Positions 48,273-59,936 of a stretch of 64,000 nucleotides of DNA are shown in pieces. Position 1 is the stretch's first letter. Every line of letters begins with the position of its first letter. Where the stretch lies: contig CAVSQB010000005.1 of the NCBI GenBank assembly GCA_963729895.1, positions 64,001-128,000 on the forward strand. Reading direction: 5' to 3'. Below the pieces are notes generated by a model, which was given only the letters and a program-made list of their open reading frames with translations, searched no databases and had not been told where the DNA came from. The stretch is from an uncultured Fibrobacterota bacterium (GTDB lineage Bacteria; Fibrobacterota; Chitinivibrionia; Chitinivibrionales; FEN-1185). The translations under genes and the position numbers were made by a program.

Positions 48273-49289
48273 TCAGTTGATGATAATATTGGTTCGGAAC
48301 GTGCAGACAGGACAGGTTGCCGTGCCCGAAGAAGGGTCCCTGCTGATGTTCTTGTTGACGGAAACAGAGTAGCCGTACCGTTGGACCAGCACCGTGTTGC
48401 ACGACGGGCAGCGCGTGTGACTTCCCTCATCCGAATCAATGTTCCCAACGTACACATAGTCAAGCTTTTCCCTTGCTATTTCGCGGGCGCGAACCAGGGA
48501 TTTGTGCGGCGTCGGAGAAACGCGCATTTTGTAACGAGGAAAATACCGGGAGAAATGCAAAGGGGTGTCTTTCCCCAGATGTGCCGCGATATAGTCTACG
48601 AGTTCCCGTATGTCCTTTTCCGAGTCGTTTTCTCCGGGAATGAGCAGGTTGGTGATTTCGAGATGACACTTCTTTTTAACCGTTTCGCAAGCAGCGAGGA
48701 CCGGGGCGAGCGTGGCCTTGCACAGTCTACGGTAGAAACCGGGGTTCATCGATTTGATGTCGATGTTCATGGCGTCGACTAGGGTAAGCAGTTCTTTTAG
48801 GGGCTTCTGCTCCATGAACCCATTGGTAACCATGACGTTCCTTAGCCCGTGTTCCTTGACAATAGCTCCGACCTCCATGATAGTCTCGAACCATACGAAT
48901 GGCTCGGAGTAGGTGTAGGCAATGCCGATTGTGCCGCTGTTGATTATTGAATCTGCAAACTCTGCGGCAGGTATTTCCCTGGTGGGCTGTATGGTTTGTG
49001 AAATTTCGCAGTTCTGGCAGAACTGGCATTTGAAGGTGCAGCCGTTGGGGCCGCTCGAAAAGATTGACGAACCTGGAAAGAAATGGTACAACGGTTTCTT
49101 TTCAACCGGGTCGACGGCCGTTGAAACCGGCCGGCAGTATGCGAGCGAATATAGAACACCTCCCGTATTCCTGCGGGCAAGGCATATACCGGTTCTATCA
49201 TCTGTCAATAAACAATGATGAGGGCAGAGACCGCATCTCACCGTTTTTTCTGTGCCCGGCACGACGGTAAAATAATCCGCCTTCTTCAT
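48273..49289 (-). CDS. amrS: AmmeMemoRadiSam system radical SAM enzyme
   Basis: CGLCPHHC, DPVEKKPLYHFFPG, CTFKCQFC and YVYVGN. Confidence 0.92.
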   Translation of the reverse strand: MKKADYFTVVPGTEKTVRCGLCPHHCLLTDDRTGICLARRNTGGVLYSLAYCRPVSTAVDPVEKKPLYHFFPGSSIFSSGPNGCTFKCQFCQNCEISQTIQPTREIPAAEFADSIINSGTIGIAYTYSEPFVWFETIMEVGAIVKEHGLRNVMVTNGFMEQKPLKELLTLVDAMNIDIKSMNPGFYRRLCKATLAPVLAACETVKKKCHLEITNLLIPGENDSEKDIRELVDYIAAHLGKDTPLHFSRYFPRYKMRVSPTPHKSLVRAREIAREKLDYVYVGNIDSDEGSHTRCPSCNTVLVQRYGYSVSVNKNISRDPSSGTATCPVCTFRTNIIIN

Positions 49290-49426
49290 GGAGGACCTTG
49301 AATCCCACAACCCGCGCAATCCCGGAAGCTTGCTTCGGGGTTCTTCAAATGCCGGTGCAAAATGCCGTGCTGCGGCGGTTTGCGCCGGTACGCTCACGCA
49401 CCGATCTTTCGGACTGCCGGGCCGGT

Positions 49427-50089
49427 CTATTCCGGCGTCGTTCCTTCCTGCGCCGGCGCGTTATTCGATGCCGGTCCAGCCTTGGATGCACGCTTCTTTG
49501 CCGGAATAGGAGCAGCCTGATGGGAGTTCGCCTTGTCTTTCAGGATTTTCATGTCGCCAACCAGTTTTGCAACGGTTTGCTCCAGGGCGTTAACTTTCAG
49601 GCTGTTGTTTTCCTGATTGGAAAGGATCTCCTGCATCTTGGTTTGCAAAGAAGGCCCGATGAGGCTGACAATTGTTCCGGTGAGCACTGCTGCAACGATG
49701 GAAACGATAATGATTAGGATAAGCGTCGGAAAGGACGGAAGTATCCTGACCTTCTTTCTCTGAACGGGGTGATCGAACTCCGTTTCCGCGTCCGAGGAGC
49801 GGCCCGCTGCCGGTTCATTCCTGAAGTGTGCCGTGATCGCGACAGGCGGCTGTGTTTTCTGCTCCGCCGGCTTTAGGGACGGTTCACGTGGGGCGGACTT
49901 TTCGACTCTCTGCCGCGAAGCCCTCACGGATTCGATTTCAAATGCCTCTGGAGTGCTGGGCGCGGCAGGGCGCGGTTGCATTGCATCCTTCTTTTGCGCG
50001 TGCTGCGAGGCCTTCTTGACGAGCGATTCGAGATCTATTTCGTCATCCGGATCGGTTTGCGAGAATTCCTTCCTGGGAATGGCGTCCAT
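49427..50089 (-). CDS. Hypothetical single-TM protein with coiled coil
   Basis: RBS gagga, disordered N-terminus and one TM helix. Confidence 0.7.
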   Translation of the reverse strand: MDAIPRKEFSQTDPDDEIDLESLVKKASQHAQKKDAMQPRPAAPSTPEAFEIESVRASRQRVEKSAPREPSLKPAEQKTQPPVAITAHFRNEPAAGRSSDAETEFDHPVQRKKVRILPSFPTLILIIIVSIVAAVLTGTIVSLIGPSLQTKMQEILSNQENNSLKVNALEQTVAKLVGDMKILKDKANSHQAAPIPAKKRASKAGPASNNAPAQEGTTPE

Positions 50090-50211
50090 TGCAATCCTCC
50101 TCTATTTAAAAAATGTGCATGCGGGTCCGGCCGCTGCGGCGCCTCGGGACTGGATTTTTCCGTTCTGAGCACGATGGCGTTACCGCATACCAAAATATAC
50201 AAATCGCGGCC

Positions 50212-50898
50212 CTACAAAAAGGATTTAGGAGAAAATTTTGTATGAACGCCGATCCGGTTGCAGTGCCTGACAAGAGGGCAGCTGTCGCAGCGCGGGTTTA
50301 CAGGAAGGCACCGGTGCTGGCCGAACGATACGAGATACGAGTTGATCGTGAGCCACATGCGCCCGGGCAGGATGCCACGGAGCTTCATTTCGGTCTCAAA
50401 CGGGGTTTTTGTGTTTGTGTACCCCAGCCTGTTGCAAATCCGGTGAACATGCACGTCAACGCAAATGGCGGGTTTACCAAATGCGACAGCAACCACCAGG
50501 TTGGCCGTTTTCCGCCCCACGCCCGGCAGTTGAACGAGTTCGTCAACGGTGCTCGGGATTACGCCGTGGAACAATGCATGCAGCGCTGCGGGCAATTGCT
50601 TCAAATGCTTTGCCTTGGTCCTGTAGAATCCAACCGGAAAAATGAGTTTCTCCAGGCGTGACCGGGATAAGGCATCCAGGTCGTCAAGATTCCGTATCAC
50701 GGAAAACAATTTGCGGGACGCCGCTGCCGTGACATCGTCTTTCGTCCGGGCGCTGAGGATTGTGGTTACGAGTACCTTGAAGGGGTCTTTTGTCTGCAAT
50801 TCGATGAGGTCGACGACGGGCATGCGGTGCAGCGCGAATTCCTTCTTGAGTACCGAGTAGACCGAGCCGATGTCGACGGGCCTGATGTTCTTAGGCAT
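50212..50898 (-). CDS. nth: Endonuclease III
   Basis: LPGVGRKTAN HhH, VDVHV and a C-x6-C-x2-C-x5-C Fe-S cluster. Confidence 0.95.
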   Translation of the reverse strand: MPKNIRPVDIGSVYSVLKKEFALHRMPVVDLIELQTKDPFKVLVTTILSARTKDDVTAAASRKLFSVIRNLDDLDALSRSRLEKLIFPVGFYRTKAKHLKQLPAALHALFHGVIPSTVDELVQLPGVGRKTANLVVAVAFGKPAICVDVHVHRICNRLGYTNTKTPFETEMKLRGILPGRMWLTINSYLVSFGQHRCLPVNPRCDSCPLVRHCNRIGVHTKFSPKSFL

Positions 50899-50916
50899 GA
50901 ACCGCGCGCTCGCCTG

Positions 50917-51852
50917 TTACGGCCGCGCCGATGTGGGGGATCTTTGCGCATCGATTCCGGCGATGATGCCGGAGAGGCCACGGGCATAACCGCTGTCCGG
51001 GTACCTGGACACAAAGGGAACTCTGTTGATTTCACCATTGTTCATGGCGGCCTCGTAGGGAAGCGTGCCGAGCACCTCCATGGAAAGGGCGAGATCTTGC
51101 TTGATGATGCGGGCGAATTTCTCTGCCGCCTCGTTCTGGCCGGCGTCCTTGACGGAATTGACCACGATGAACATTTTGCATACGTCTTCGAGGAAGAGCT
51201 GGCGATAAGCACTGATCTTGCCGGGCGCCTTTTCTTCGAGTTTGGCAAGAAGATCCGTGAAAGACACGGTTTTCCCCCCGCTTTCCGTATCCACTGCGCT
51301 TCGGATGAACGCCGTTATTTCCTTATCGTGGTAGAACCTGCGCAACAGACCGCGTACAAGGAGATTCTTTATGAAGAAGAACGCGTTTTCGAGTGTGGCC
51401 GGCAGGGGGTCAACGAGAATGATGCCGAGGGGAGCAAGCGAGAAGAAATCAGTGGCGCGCTGGTGCGTCCCGGTGGCGATGTCGAAAATAATCGTGTCGG
51501 CCTTGAGTTTCTGAATTGCCCTCAAAAGCCGCTGGCGCTCGGTATAATTTGGGGAAGCAAGGGAAAGGATGTCGCTCGCCGAGCTCAGAAGCTTCAGGTT
51601 GGGGTAGGCCGTCTCGACAAGGGTTGTGGAGAGATCGGGCCGGCGGTTGTTAAGAAAATCGTCGAGAGACCTGTCCGGATGTCGAATGCCCAGAAGGGTG
51701 TGCAAGTTGGCGGTCCCGATATCCGCGTCGATCACCACGGCGCTCCTGCCTTGTGTCGCAAGGGAAACACCCAGGTTGGCGACAAAGGTGCTTTTTCCTA
51801 TTCCGCCTTTTCCTCCGCCCACTGCAATGACAATCTTGTCGCCCCAGTACAT
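50917..51852 (-). CDS. MinD/FlhG-like ParA-family ATPase
   Basis: Deviant Walker A GGGKGGIGKST and DADIGTANL. Confidence 0.88.
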   Translation of the reverse strand: MYWGDKIVIAVGGGKGGIGKSTFVANLGVSLATQGRSAVVIDADIGTANLHTLLGIRHPDRSLDDFLNNRRPDLSTTLVETAYPNLKLLSSASDILSLASPNYTERQRLLRAIQKLKADTIIFDIATGTHQRATDFFSLAPLGIILVDPLPATLENAFFFIKNLLVRGLLRRFYHDKEITAFIRSAVDTESGGKTVSFTDLLAKLEEKAPGKISAYRQLFLEDVCKMFIVVNSVKDAGQNEAAEKFARIIKQDLALSMEVLGTLPYEAAMNNGEINRVPFVSRYPDSGYARGLSGIIAGIDAQRSPTSARP

Positions 51853-52160
51853 ACCTAATCCTGAAAGTAAAACTAAACGCCTGTGAAACCGGTGAACTCC
51901 ATGCACTTCCCATGGACGTGAAGGCCATACCAAACAGTAAAAAGATACTTTCTGTTTGTCTCACAAGGACGTAAATTCTGACGCACGAAAGCGGTGCCCG
52001 GGACCGGGGACCGCTCAGCCGCACGAGCGTTTTTGTTCGGGAAAAGCGGTTTAGGGCAGATGAAGAAACCGGAACGGAAATCGTTGGTGCGTGCTCGGCA
52101 GGTTTTGGGCCTTGGAACCCGGCACGGAATAGGAAACAAGAGTGTGCCGTCAAACGGCAC

Positions 52161-52883
52161 TCAATCAGCGCCCACCGCTTTGAACGGGGAATTTTCATCT
52201 TGCATGATGATATCGCGGCAGTGGGGTCCGCAATTGAAAATCAGGTCTATGGCGGAAAGGTCGGGAACAAAATCGCGGGGACCGGTGGACCAGTGCTGGG
52301 GATAGACCGGACATTTGAATTCCTGAAACGTGACGCTTATTCCCGCTTCTTTCATGAGGGAAACGTCCAGGTAATCGCGGCCGTCCGCGTCGGCCAGGTA
52401 GGCGGTTGCCTTGAAATGTTTGCAAATGTTAACCAGGCGCTCCGTGGACTCGCCCTTGAACCCGTAGTCGGACGAGATGACCGTTTCCGTGGTTATTCCC
52501 ATAATGCCCGCAAGCAGGCGCACCGAATCGATGTTGATCCTGTCTATTTTGCTTGCCAGAGCGCAATAAAACTCGGCAAACATGGGAATGTATTTCTTGT
52601 AGAAAGGCGTCGTGCCGTAGCATGCGTCAAGCGAATGCAGGTGATTCTTCTGCCAGTTTCGCGTAAAATCAACCTGAACTTCGTTGAGCTTTTGCGGAAA
52701 CTTGTAGGTTGTCGGCACCGACAACCATTGCCATGATTTCGCGTTCCGGATGCGGTTCCGGTTTTGCCACTCATTCTTCTCGAACTGAACGTCGTTGAGA
52801 AACACGAACAGGTCCGCGCTGGCCATTGTGTGGAAATACCCGGGCCCCGGCATGTAGTGCGGCTGATGGACGGCGAGTTTCAT
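52161..52883 (-). CDS. WbqC family protein
   Basis: HQPHYMP, WQNRNRI and LSAIDLIFN. Confidence 0.9.
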   Translation of the reverse strand: MKLAVHQPHYMPGPGYFHTMASADLFVFLNDVQFEKNEWQNRNRIRNAKSWQWLSVPTTYKFPQKLNEVQVDFTRNWQKNHLHSLDACYGTTPFYKKYIPMFAEFYCALASKIDRINIDSVRLLAGIMGITTETVISSDYGFKGESTERLVNICKHFKATAYLADADGRDYLDVSLMKEAGISVTFQEFKCPVYPQHWSTGPRDFVPDLSAIDLIFNCGPHCRDIIMQDENSPFKAVGAD

Positions 52884-53221
52884 GCTTCCATTCCTCCGGT
52901 GTATTCCTGTAAACTGGGGCAACACCCTTGCTCTAAAATATATCAAATGCTTCGGCTTATTGCGACTCGAGTGCATGTCCGCCGGGTCTCAGGTGAGGGC
53001 TCACGCGCCCCCGGATTATTGACAACCCCGAGGAGAAGAAGGTAGTTTCGAATGCTGTGACAGAAATGGTTCACCGGATCAAACGGGCAAGGATTCCGGC
53101 CTGGGTGCAGGGCAAACCGCAGACTGCGCGGACAATCATCGGGAGACGCCGTTGGACCAACTCATGTATGCACGGGCCGGGGAAAACAAGGTATGTGTGC
53201 GTACCACGCCTAAGGACCGCC

Positions 53222-54283
53222 ATGGATCCAAACAGCCGGATTGACTACGCGGACGCACTACGGGCGTTTGCCATAACCTCCGTCGTCTTTCTGCACGTCG
53301 CCTCACCAATCGCCCAGAGCCCCGGTACTTTCCCGGCGGCCTGGTGGTGGATCGCAAACGTTGTGTATTCCTGCGCAAGGCCGAGCATCGCCCTGTTTGT
53401 CATGGTGAGCGGCCTTCTGCTTCTGTCGCCATCCAAAGAAGAGGGCATTGGTTTCTTCTTGCGCAGGCGTTTTGTAAAGATTGCGGTTCCGTTCATCGGA
53501 TGGGGAATAATCTATTTCTTCTGGAAGACGCACGTGCAGGTTTCACCCCGGGGATTTGTGCGGCTGGCCCGGGAGTTTGTTGAAGGTCCGGTGTATTATC
53601 ATCTGTGGTTCATTTACACCATAGCCGGAATCTATCTGGCCACCCCGGTGTTTCGCGTCTATGTCAAGAGCGCGTCACGGTCGAACCAGGCATACCTGCT
53701 GATACTTTGGATAATCGGCACGTCGGTGTATCCGGTGATCCGGCATTTCAGCGGAATAAACGTTGGAATTCCCATACTGGTTGCCGGGGGATTTCTGGGA
53801 GCGTTTCTGCTCGGAAACTTTTTGCGGCCCTTCCAGGCCGGGGCCAGGAGCGGACGGTGGCTGGGCCTGCTCGCCGCCCTGTGCCTTGGGTTCACCGCCG
53901 TTTCGGAGTATTTCCTTTCATCGCGGCTTTTGGGGCATTATGACGGGACGTTCGAAGATTTCCTGAGTCCGAACGTGGTGGCGGCTGCAGCATGTATTTT
54001 CCTGATTGTCAAGTCATTGCCGTGGGAAACCTTGCGGCGGCGCGTTCCGGTGCTCAACAAGATCATGGCGGCGGTGAGCGGGGCCAGCTTCAGCATTTAT
54101 CTCATGCACATTCTTGTGCTTGAGATCCTCAAGGGGCACGTGCCGGGTGTTGTGATTGACGGATGCTTTATCCATCCGGTTGTTGGGATTCCGGTCACGG
54201 CGGTGGGCACCATTGCGGTGTGCGTTTTTGTGACGCTGGTGATGCGAAGGGTGCCCGTTGCGAGGCACATGTTCCCGTCCTGA
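53222..54283 (+). CDS. Acyltransferase-3 family membrane O-acyltransferase
   Basis: DALRAFA, FVMVSG, YHLWFIY and SFSIYLMH. Confidence 0.9.
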   Translation: MDPNSRIDYADALRAFAITSVVFLHVASPIAQSPGTFPAAWWWIANVVYSCARPSIALFVMVSGLLLLSPSKEEGIGFFLRRRFVKIAVPFIGWGIIYFFWKTHVQVSPRGFVRLAREFVEGPVYYHLWFIYTIAGIYLATPVFRVYVKSASRSNQAYLLILWIIGTSVYPVIRHFSGINVGIPILVAGGFLGAFLLGNFLRPFQAGARSGRWLGLLAALCLGFTAVSEYFLSSRLLGHYDGTFEDFLSPNVVAAAACIFLIVKSLPWETLRRRVPVLNKIMAAVSGASFSIYLMHILVLEILKGHVPGVVIDGCFIHPVVGIPVTAVGTIAVCVFVTLVMRRVPVARHMFPS

Positions 54284-54356
54284 ACCCCGTCTTGAACATC
54301 GTGCGGTTTCGCTCTCCAGTGCGGATGTACGCTCCCGGAGAGCAGAGCAAGGAATG

Positions 54357-55484
54357 TCAGGGCTTCCTGGGCGGCAAAGAAGTTCCGATTATGAATTCGA
54401 GGCGTATTTCCACGGTGTTGGAAAAAGAAGACAACGTGTTGCCCGGATCGGAGGCCAACGGGTTTATGTCCCTGTTCTGCAACAGGCGGCCGTTCTCCCG
54501 AAAGAAACCCAGATATCGCCCCACGTACGAAATGGAAACGTCCATGCCGGAGTTTTGCGAAAGACCTTTAGCCGTCGAAATGCCGACCCTCCATGCTCCC
54601 CCGAAACCCCAGGCACGGAGATTCTTGATGGCGCCCAGGGCCGGGCTCACGACTGAATCTGCTATTCCCGACGAGTTGATTGCCGTTACCCGGTAGAGAT
54701 AGGACAAGGGAAGTGCGTAAACGCCCATGAGAAACGAAGTACGGTCGGAACCTTCTATCCGGAAGTACCTGTCGTTAAGGGCATGCCTGTACAAAACTCC
54801 CACGGAGAAGGTGGATGAACTCAGAGTCTGGCTGTAGTCGACTTTTCCCGAAAGCGTATCGTGCTGCAGGGTAGCCTGGAGCGTTTTGCCGATATAGCAG
54901 AAGGCCGCTTCGAACCCGACTGAACTTCGACGGTAGACAAAAGGCGTGTACGAAACGGAAATAGGGAAGAGGACGTTGTAGGAATTGGCAGGCTCCGTGA
55001 CGGAAAAGCCGAGCGTATCCGGATTGTTGGGCAGGATGTTGCCTACCGAGTCCGGAAGGGTATTCTGCCAGCTCGAAAAGATATCGTAAGAACCGAGCGC
55101 CCAGCCGATGCCGAAACTGACAAATGGTGTTTTTAGAAAGCGGCTTGCGGTGTCCTGAGGCGGAATCGCCGGCTTTTGCAATGGCGAGCGTTTGGCCGAG
55201 GTATCAGAAAGAACATGGTGTGCAGCTTTGGTTGCGGAATCGGAGGTTTGCGAGGCGGCGGGAACAACGGAGGTATCCGGGTTCGCGAGTGCGGACAAGG
55301 TCCTTTGAGAGGCGTCAGATGATTGCGCGGCTGCAGCGGGCTTCACGGATTTCCCTTGTGTGGTGTCTTGTCCTGCGGGGAAGCCATGCAATGCGAAGAG
55401 GACTATCATTGCACCTGCGGCCGCAAAGGTCCGTTTTTTTTGGCTGGTCAAAAAACACCGCGGGAAATGGTCGGGTTGCGTCAT
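54357..55484 (-). CDS. Hypothetical exported/outer-membrane protein
   Basis: ATGA overlap with tsaB, hydrophobic leader, low-complexity linker and beta-rich domain. Confidence 0.7.
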   Translation of the reverse strand: MTQPDHFPRCFLTSQKKRTFAAAGAMIVLFALHGFPAGQDTTQGKSVKPAAAAQSSDASQRTLSALANPDTSVVPAASQTSDSATKAAHHVLSDTSAKRSPLQKPAIPPQDTASRFLKTPFVSFGIGWALGSYDIFSSWQNTLPDSVGNILPNNPDTLGFSVTEPANSYNVLFPISVSYTPFVYRRSSVGFEAAFCYIGKTLQATLQHDTLSGKVDYSQTLSSSTFSVGVLYRHALNDRYFRIEGSDRTSFLMGVYALPLSYLYRVTAINSSGIADSVVSPALGAIKNLRAWGFGGAWRVGISTAKGLSQNSGMDVSISYVGRYLGFFRENGRLLQNRDINPLASDPGNTLSSFSNTVEIRLEFIIGTSLPPRKP

Positions 55485-56182
55485 CCAGCCTGCCCCGTTC
55501 GTTTTTTTTCCGCCGAAACTGCATGAAGATACCGGGGAAGTACACGGTCTGCGGTTGTCCACCCCGCGGCGTCGCCAATCCGTTTGGCCGCAATCATTGC
55601 GCACGACAGACCTCGTTGCAAAGGACACCGTTCTACGGAAAATGCGTTAGGCCTTTCCTTGAGAAAAGCAAAGGCACGGCTCTTGCCGTACCCGAGAGTA
55701 TCGGTGATCACGACATCGCCGGCGTCAAGCGCATTCCTGAATTCATCTTCGGGAGCAAGCGCGTCCGGGGACAGGCGCGAAATCGTATCGTCCGTCCTTT
55801 CGAACCTGGCCCAGAACACTTCGCCGTTTCGTGCGTCCGAAGCGCACACGATGCGCGCCCGGCGTGCGTTCCACGAACCGGCCATGCTTTCCAGAGAGGA
55901 AACGGGAAACACCCGGGCGTCGCGGCCGAAGAAGAAACCCTTGAGAAACGCGATCCCTATCCGCAGGCCGGTAAACGAACCCGGACCCACCGCGATTCCC
56001 GCACAAACGATGTCATCCGCTTTCGCCGCATTGGCGCCCAAGAGATAGTCGATGCTTTGCGCAATATGCTCGGCATGCGAATGGCGAAGGTACCGCGATA
56101 CGGCCATCACCGGCTGGTCCTTCAGCGCCAGTCCCACGCCAAGTTCAACCGAGGAGGTATCTATGCCGAGGACGTAGTCCAT
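55481..56182 (-). CDS. tsaB: t6A biosynthesis protein TsaB
   Basis: LGIDTS, GPGSFTGLRIG and DAR. Confidence 0.95.
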   Translation of the reverse strand: MDYVLGIDTSSVELGVGLALKDQPVMAVSRYLRHSHAEHIAQSIDYLLGANAAKADDIVCAGIAVGPGSFTGLRIGIAFLKGFFFGRDARVFPVSSLESMAGSWNARRARIVCASDARNGEVFWARFERTDDTISRLSPDALAPEDEFRNALDAGDVVITDTLGYGKSRAFAFLKERPNAFSVERCPLQRGLSCAMIAAKRIGDAAGWTTADRVLPRYLHAVSAEKKRTGQAG

Positions 56183-56243
56183 GAGAATCCTCGTGGTAGC
56201 AAAAACGTTTCAAGGCGGTCCGGCTCTCTCATGAAAATCCCGG

Positions 56244-57287
56244 TCAGGGCGTGATCGGGTTTTTGAGGGCGACTTTTATCATTATGTCAATGAGCTCCTT
56301 GTACGAACCGCCGGCGGCTTTGAAGGATTTCGGGAGGAGTGAATTGGCGGTAAGGCCCGGGAGCGAATTTATCTCGAGCACGTAGAGCGTTTCGTCGTTG
56401 CCCAGAATCATGTCGGTGCGTGAAACGCCGCGGCAGCCGAGCAGCCGGTGGCATCTGAGCGCCAGGTCGCGGATCTGATCCAGCAGGTGTTTGCTTCTCG
56501 GCGCGGGAACGATCTCCTGCGAACCGCCGTCCTCGTATTTCGACTTGAAATTGAAGTAGTTGCCCTTGACGGGACGGATTTCTACCGGCGGAAGGGCCTC
56601 CACGGAACCGTCGGGCTTTTCGAGAACCGCGCAGGTGAATTCGGGCCCTTTGATACCCTTTTCGACGAGGATTTCCCCGGTGTACTGGAGATATTCCTCG
56701 AGTTTAGTGCCCAGACCAGCGCCGCAATCCACGCGCGTCATGAGCCTGCTCGATCCGGATTGCGGGCACTTGACAAACATGGGATAGCCGAACTTGTCCG
56801 CCAGAAATTTCCAAGTCACTTCGGGGTGGTCTTTTCCGGCTACGGAAAACGGCGGGGTTTTTATGCCGTTTTGTTCAAAAATGAATTTGGTTGCTATCTT
56901 GTTCATTGCAACGGCGCTTGCGAACACGCCGGATCCTGTGTAGGGGATCATCAGGGTGTCGAGAAATCCCTGCAGAAGGCCGTCTTCGCCGAAGGAGCCA
57001 TGAACGGCCAGAAAGGCGACATCGCATTTCTTCCACACCTCTTCAGAAGAGTACGGCTTGAACGGACCCTTGAAGATTTTGTGCTTGCCGGGCTCTGCGC
57101 ATTCGTCCACCGTGGGGATCCGTTTCCGGATGTCGCAGTAATAAAATTCCTGATTGACAGTGACGAGGACGGCGCGGGCGCCATAGCGCCTGCGGTCAAT
57201 GCGCTTGAGCACTTCTATCCCCGAAAGCAGTGATATCTCGGCCTCGGCCGACGGGCCGCCCATGATGACATTTACGCGGATGGACAT
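56244..57287 (-). CDS. ddl: D-alanine--D-alanine ligase
   Basis: [16 protein letters not shown] omega loop and EINSLPG. Confidence 0.95.
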   Translation of the reverse strand: MSIRVNVIMGGPSAEAEISLLSGIEVLKRIDRRRYGARAVLVTVNQEFYYCDIRKRIPTVDECAEPGKHKIFKGPFKPYSSEEVWKKCDVAFLAVHGSFGEDGLLQGFLDTLMIPYTGSGVFASAVAMNKIATKFIFEQNGIKTPPFSVAGKDHPEVTWKFLADKFGYPMFVKCPQSGSSRLMTRVDCGAGLGTKLEEYLQYTGEILVEKGIKGPEFTCAVLEKPDGSVEALPPVEIRPVKGNYFNFKSKYEDGGSQEIVPAPRSKHLLDQIRDLALRCHRLLGCRGVSRTDMILGNDETLYVLEINSLPGLTANSLLPKSFKAAGGSYKELIDIMIKVALKNPITP

Positions 57288-58609
57288 AGGTTTGCATCCC
57301 TTATCTTCTTGCTGATGACTTCAACCGACTGGGTCGCCGCAATGCGGTACTGCTGCCGTGAATCCCGTTCTCTCACGGTCACGGTGTCGTCCTGGATCGA
57401 CTGGCCGTCCACGGTGATGCAATAGGGCGTGCCTGCCTCGTCCTGGCGCGCATACCTGCGGCCGATGGACGAATTGAGGTCGAAAAACGAGTGTACCGAA
57501 TTGTCGAGCAGGTCACGGTATATTTTTTCCGCCTTCTCGGGCATCCCTTCTCTCTTAACAAGAGGCAACACGGCGGCTTTGATCGGCGCAAGGCTCGGGT
57601 GAAAATGCAGCACGGTGCGCGCGGCGTCGCCGTCGCCCTCGACATCGTACGCGTCAACAAGGAAGGCGAGCGTGGCGCGGTCGGCGCCTGCCGCGGGTTC
57701 GATGACAAAGGGAAACATGTGCTGTTTTGTTTCCTCGTTGAAAAAGGCGAGGCTCCTGCCGCTCGCGCTGGAATGCTGCTTGAGGTCGAAATCGGTGCGG
57801 TTTGCAATGCCTTCGAGCTCGCTCCACCCGAAGGGAAATTTGTATTCCACGTCGGAACACGCTTTCGCGTAGTGCGCAAGCTCGTCCTTTTGGTGATCCC
57901 GCAGGCGAAGGTTGTCGGGCTTTATGCCCAGCGATTTGTACCACGCAAGCCGCGTGTCACGCCAGTACTCGAACCATTTCTGGTCTTCTTCCGGCGGGAC
58001 GAAGAATTCCATTTCCATCTGTTCGAACTCACGCGTCCGATAGGTAAAGTTTCCAGGCGTGATTTCGTTGCGAAAACTCTTGCCGACCTGCGCTATGCCG
58101 AAGGGCGGCTTGAGCCGGGCGGCCTGCTGGACATTAAGGAAATTAACGAAAATGCCCTGGGCGGTTTCGGGCCGCAGGTAGACCATGGCGGATGAGTCTT
58201 CCACCGGACCCATGAACGTCTTGAACATCAGGTTGAACTTCCTGATTTCGGTGAGCTCTCCGCCGCACTTGGGACATTTCTTGAGATCGGTAAGATGGTC
58301 GGCGCGGAACCGTTCCTTGCACGATTTGCAGTCCACGAGCGGGTCGGTAAAACCTGCAAGATGACCCGAGGCCTCCCAGACTTTTGGATGCATGAGGATC
58401 GCGGCATCCAGCCCCACGATATCGCGGCGGTTGGTGACCATCGCTTTCCACCACGCCTCTTTTACATTGCGTTTGAGTTCGACCCCGAGCGGGCCGTAGT
58501 CCCAGCAGCTTGTGAGCCCGCCGTATATTTCGCTCGATTGAAAGATAAAGCCGCGTCTCTTACACAATGACACCAGTATCGACATCAGATCTGGAGACTT
58601 AGGAGCCAT
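57272..58609 (-). CDS. glyQS: Glycine--tRNA ligase (alpha2 type)
   Basis: [23 protein letters not shown] and ELEGIANR. Confidence 0.97.
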   Translation of the reverse strand: MAPKSPDLMSILVSLCKRRGFIFQSSEIYGGLTSCWDYGPLGVELKRNVKEAWWKAMVTNRRDIVGLDAAILMHPKVWEASGHLAGFTDPLVDCKSCKERFRADHLTDLKKCPKCGGELTEIRKFNLMFKTFMGPVEDSSAMVYLRPETAQGIFVNFLNVQQAARLKPPFGIAQVGKSFRNEITPGNFTYRTREFEQMEMEFFVPPEEDQKWFEYWRDTRLAWYKSLGIKPDNLRLRDHQKDELAHYAKACSDVEYKFPFGWSELEGIANRTDFDLKQHSSASGRSLAFFNEETKQHMFPFVIEPAAGADRATLAFLVDAYDVEGDGDAARTVLHFHPSLAPIKAAVLPLVKREGMPEKAEKIYRDLLDNSVHSFFDLNSSIGRRYARQDEAGTPYCITVDGQSIQDDTVTVRERDSRQQYRIAATQSVEVISKKIRDANLCPSA

Positions 58610-58644
58610 CAGGTAGTCCTTTATTGTGCGATTGTAACGTATTT

Positions 58645-59616
58645 TTACTTATATAAATATGGTCTCAAATTGTTGGCAATCCTGTTCCTGATCGGCAATG
58701 AACCATCTATTTCAAGATCCTTGCCGGTTATCATTTCGAAAAGTCTTATGTACCGATGTGAAAGTTCCACAACCAGGTCTTTTGGAGCAGCCGGCAGCAC
58801 CGGGTCTTTGTAGGGGTCACAATGTTCCTTGAACCATAAACGCAGGAACTCCTTGTCGATATTTTCCGGCTCTTGTTTGTTGTTGATTCTCTGCGCGTAG
58901 CTGTCTTTGAGCCAGTACCGTGAAGAATCCGGAGTATGGATTTCGTCAATGAGAAGGATGTTGCCTTCCTCATCCATGCCGATCTCATATTTCGTATCAA
59001 CAAGAATGAGGCCGTTTTGATCCGCTACGCGGGTGCCCCGATCAAATAATGCGAACACGATCTTTTCGAGTTTCTTCCAGGCGTTTTCATCAATGAGGCC
59101 GCGCGATACGATTCCCGCCGCTGAAATCGGTTCGTCGTGCTGGTCCGATTTTGTTGTCGGAGTTAGAATGGGCTTGTCGAATTTCTGGTTCTTTGTCATG
59201 CCTCCGGGAAGCACGTTTCCGCAGATGTTTCGCTCGCCCCTGGAATACAGGGTCCAGGCTGAAGTGTCCGTGGATCCGGTAAGATAGCCGCGCACCACGA
59301 ATTCCACGGGGAAAACTTTGCATTTCCTGGCAACAGTGACATTCGGATCGGGAATGTCGAGAACCGCATTTGCCACTATATCCCGTGTCTTGTCGAACCA
59401 GAATGAACTCACCTGGTTAAGGACCTGCCCCTTAAACGGTATCGAGGCAAGAATACGGTCGAATGCGCTCTGGCGGTCCGTGGTAATCAGGACCAGTTTG
59501 TCGCCAAGGTCGTAGGTATCCCTCACCTTGCCTTTCTTTCTGTTCGGGAGGTTGAGGAACGATGTATCGTCAAGGCAATTGTTCAGGTTTTCTTCAATAA
59601 ATTCTTTGGAAATCAT
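58645..59616 (-). CDS. purC: SAICAR synthase
   Basis: [28 protein letters not shown] and DKEFLR. Confidence 0.96.
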   Translation of the reverse strand: MISKEFIEENLNNCLDDTSFLNLPNRKKGKVRDTYDLGDKLVLITTDRQSAFDRILASIPFKGQVLNQVSSFWFDKTRDIVANAVLDIPDPNVTVARKCKVFPVEFVVRGYLTGSTDTSAWTLYSRGERNICGNVLPGGMTKNQKFDKPILTPTTKSDQHDEPISAAGIVSRGLIDENAWKKLEKIVFALFDRGTRVADQNGLILVDTKYEIGMDEEGNILLIDEIHTPDSSRYWLKDSYAQRINNKQEPENIDKEFLRLWFKEHCDPYKDPVLPAAPKDLVVELSHRYIRLFEMITGKDLEIDGSLPIRNRIANNLRPYLYK

Positions 59617-59936
59617 GACTTGGTCCCGTAGGGATCCGCTTGGGGTGGAGATCATCGTAAAAGGAACATTCAAAATAGTTTATGTCGGCTGATGGGGTAA
59701 AGCAATGCGGGCACGCTGTGCGGTTTCCATCCGGTGAAGACCGGCCGAATGAGACCCACGCGCTTTGTATTTGTTCACACAATGGCAAACCATGTATCTT
59801 TGATGAGGCTCCCTGCATCGGCACGCTTCAGCATGCTTGTGGAACAAATCAATTGAACTCCGCCGTGACGGCACGAGGAGGGTACCATGGCGCAATGCGC
59901 CGAACCTCATTCGAGACGAAGTACGGAGCTTGAACC

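Noticed and set aside
56244..57287. D-Ala-D-Lac (vancomycin-resistance type) ligase
   Set aside because: The omega loop retains K-Y and no van genes are adjacent.
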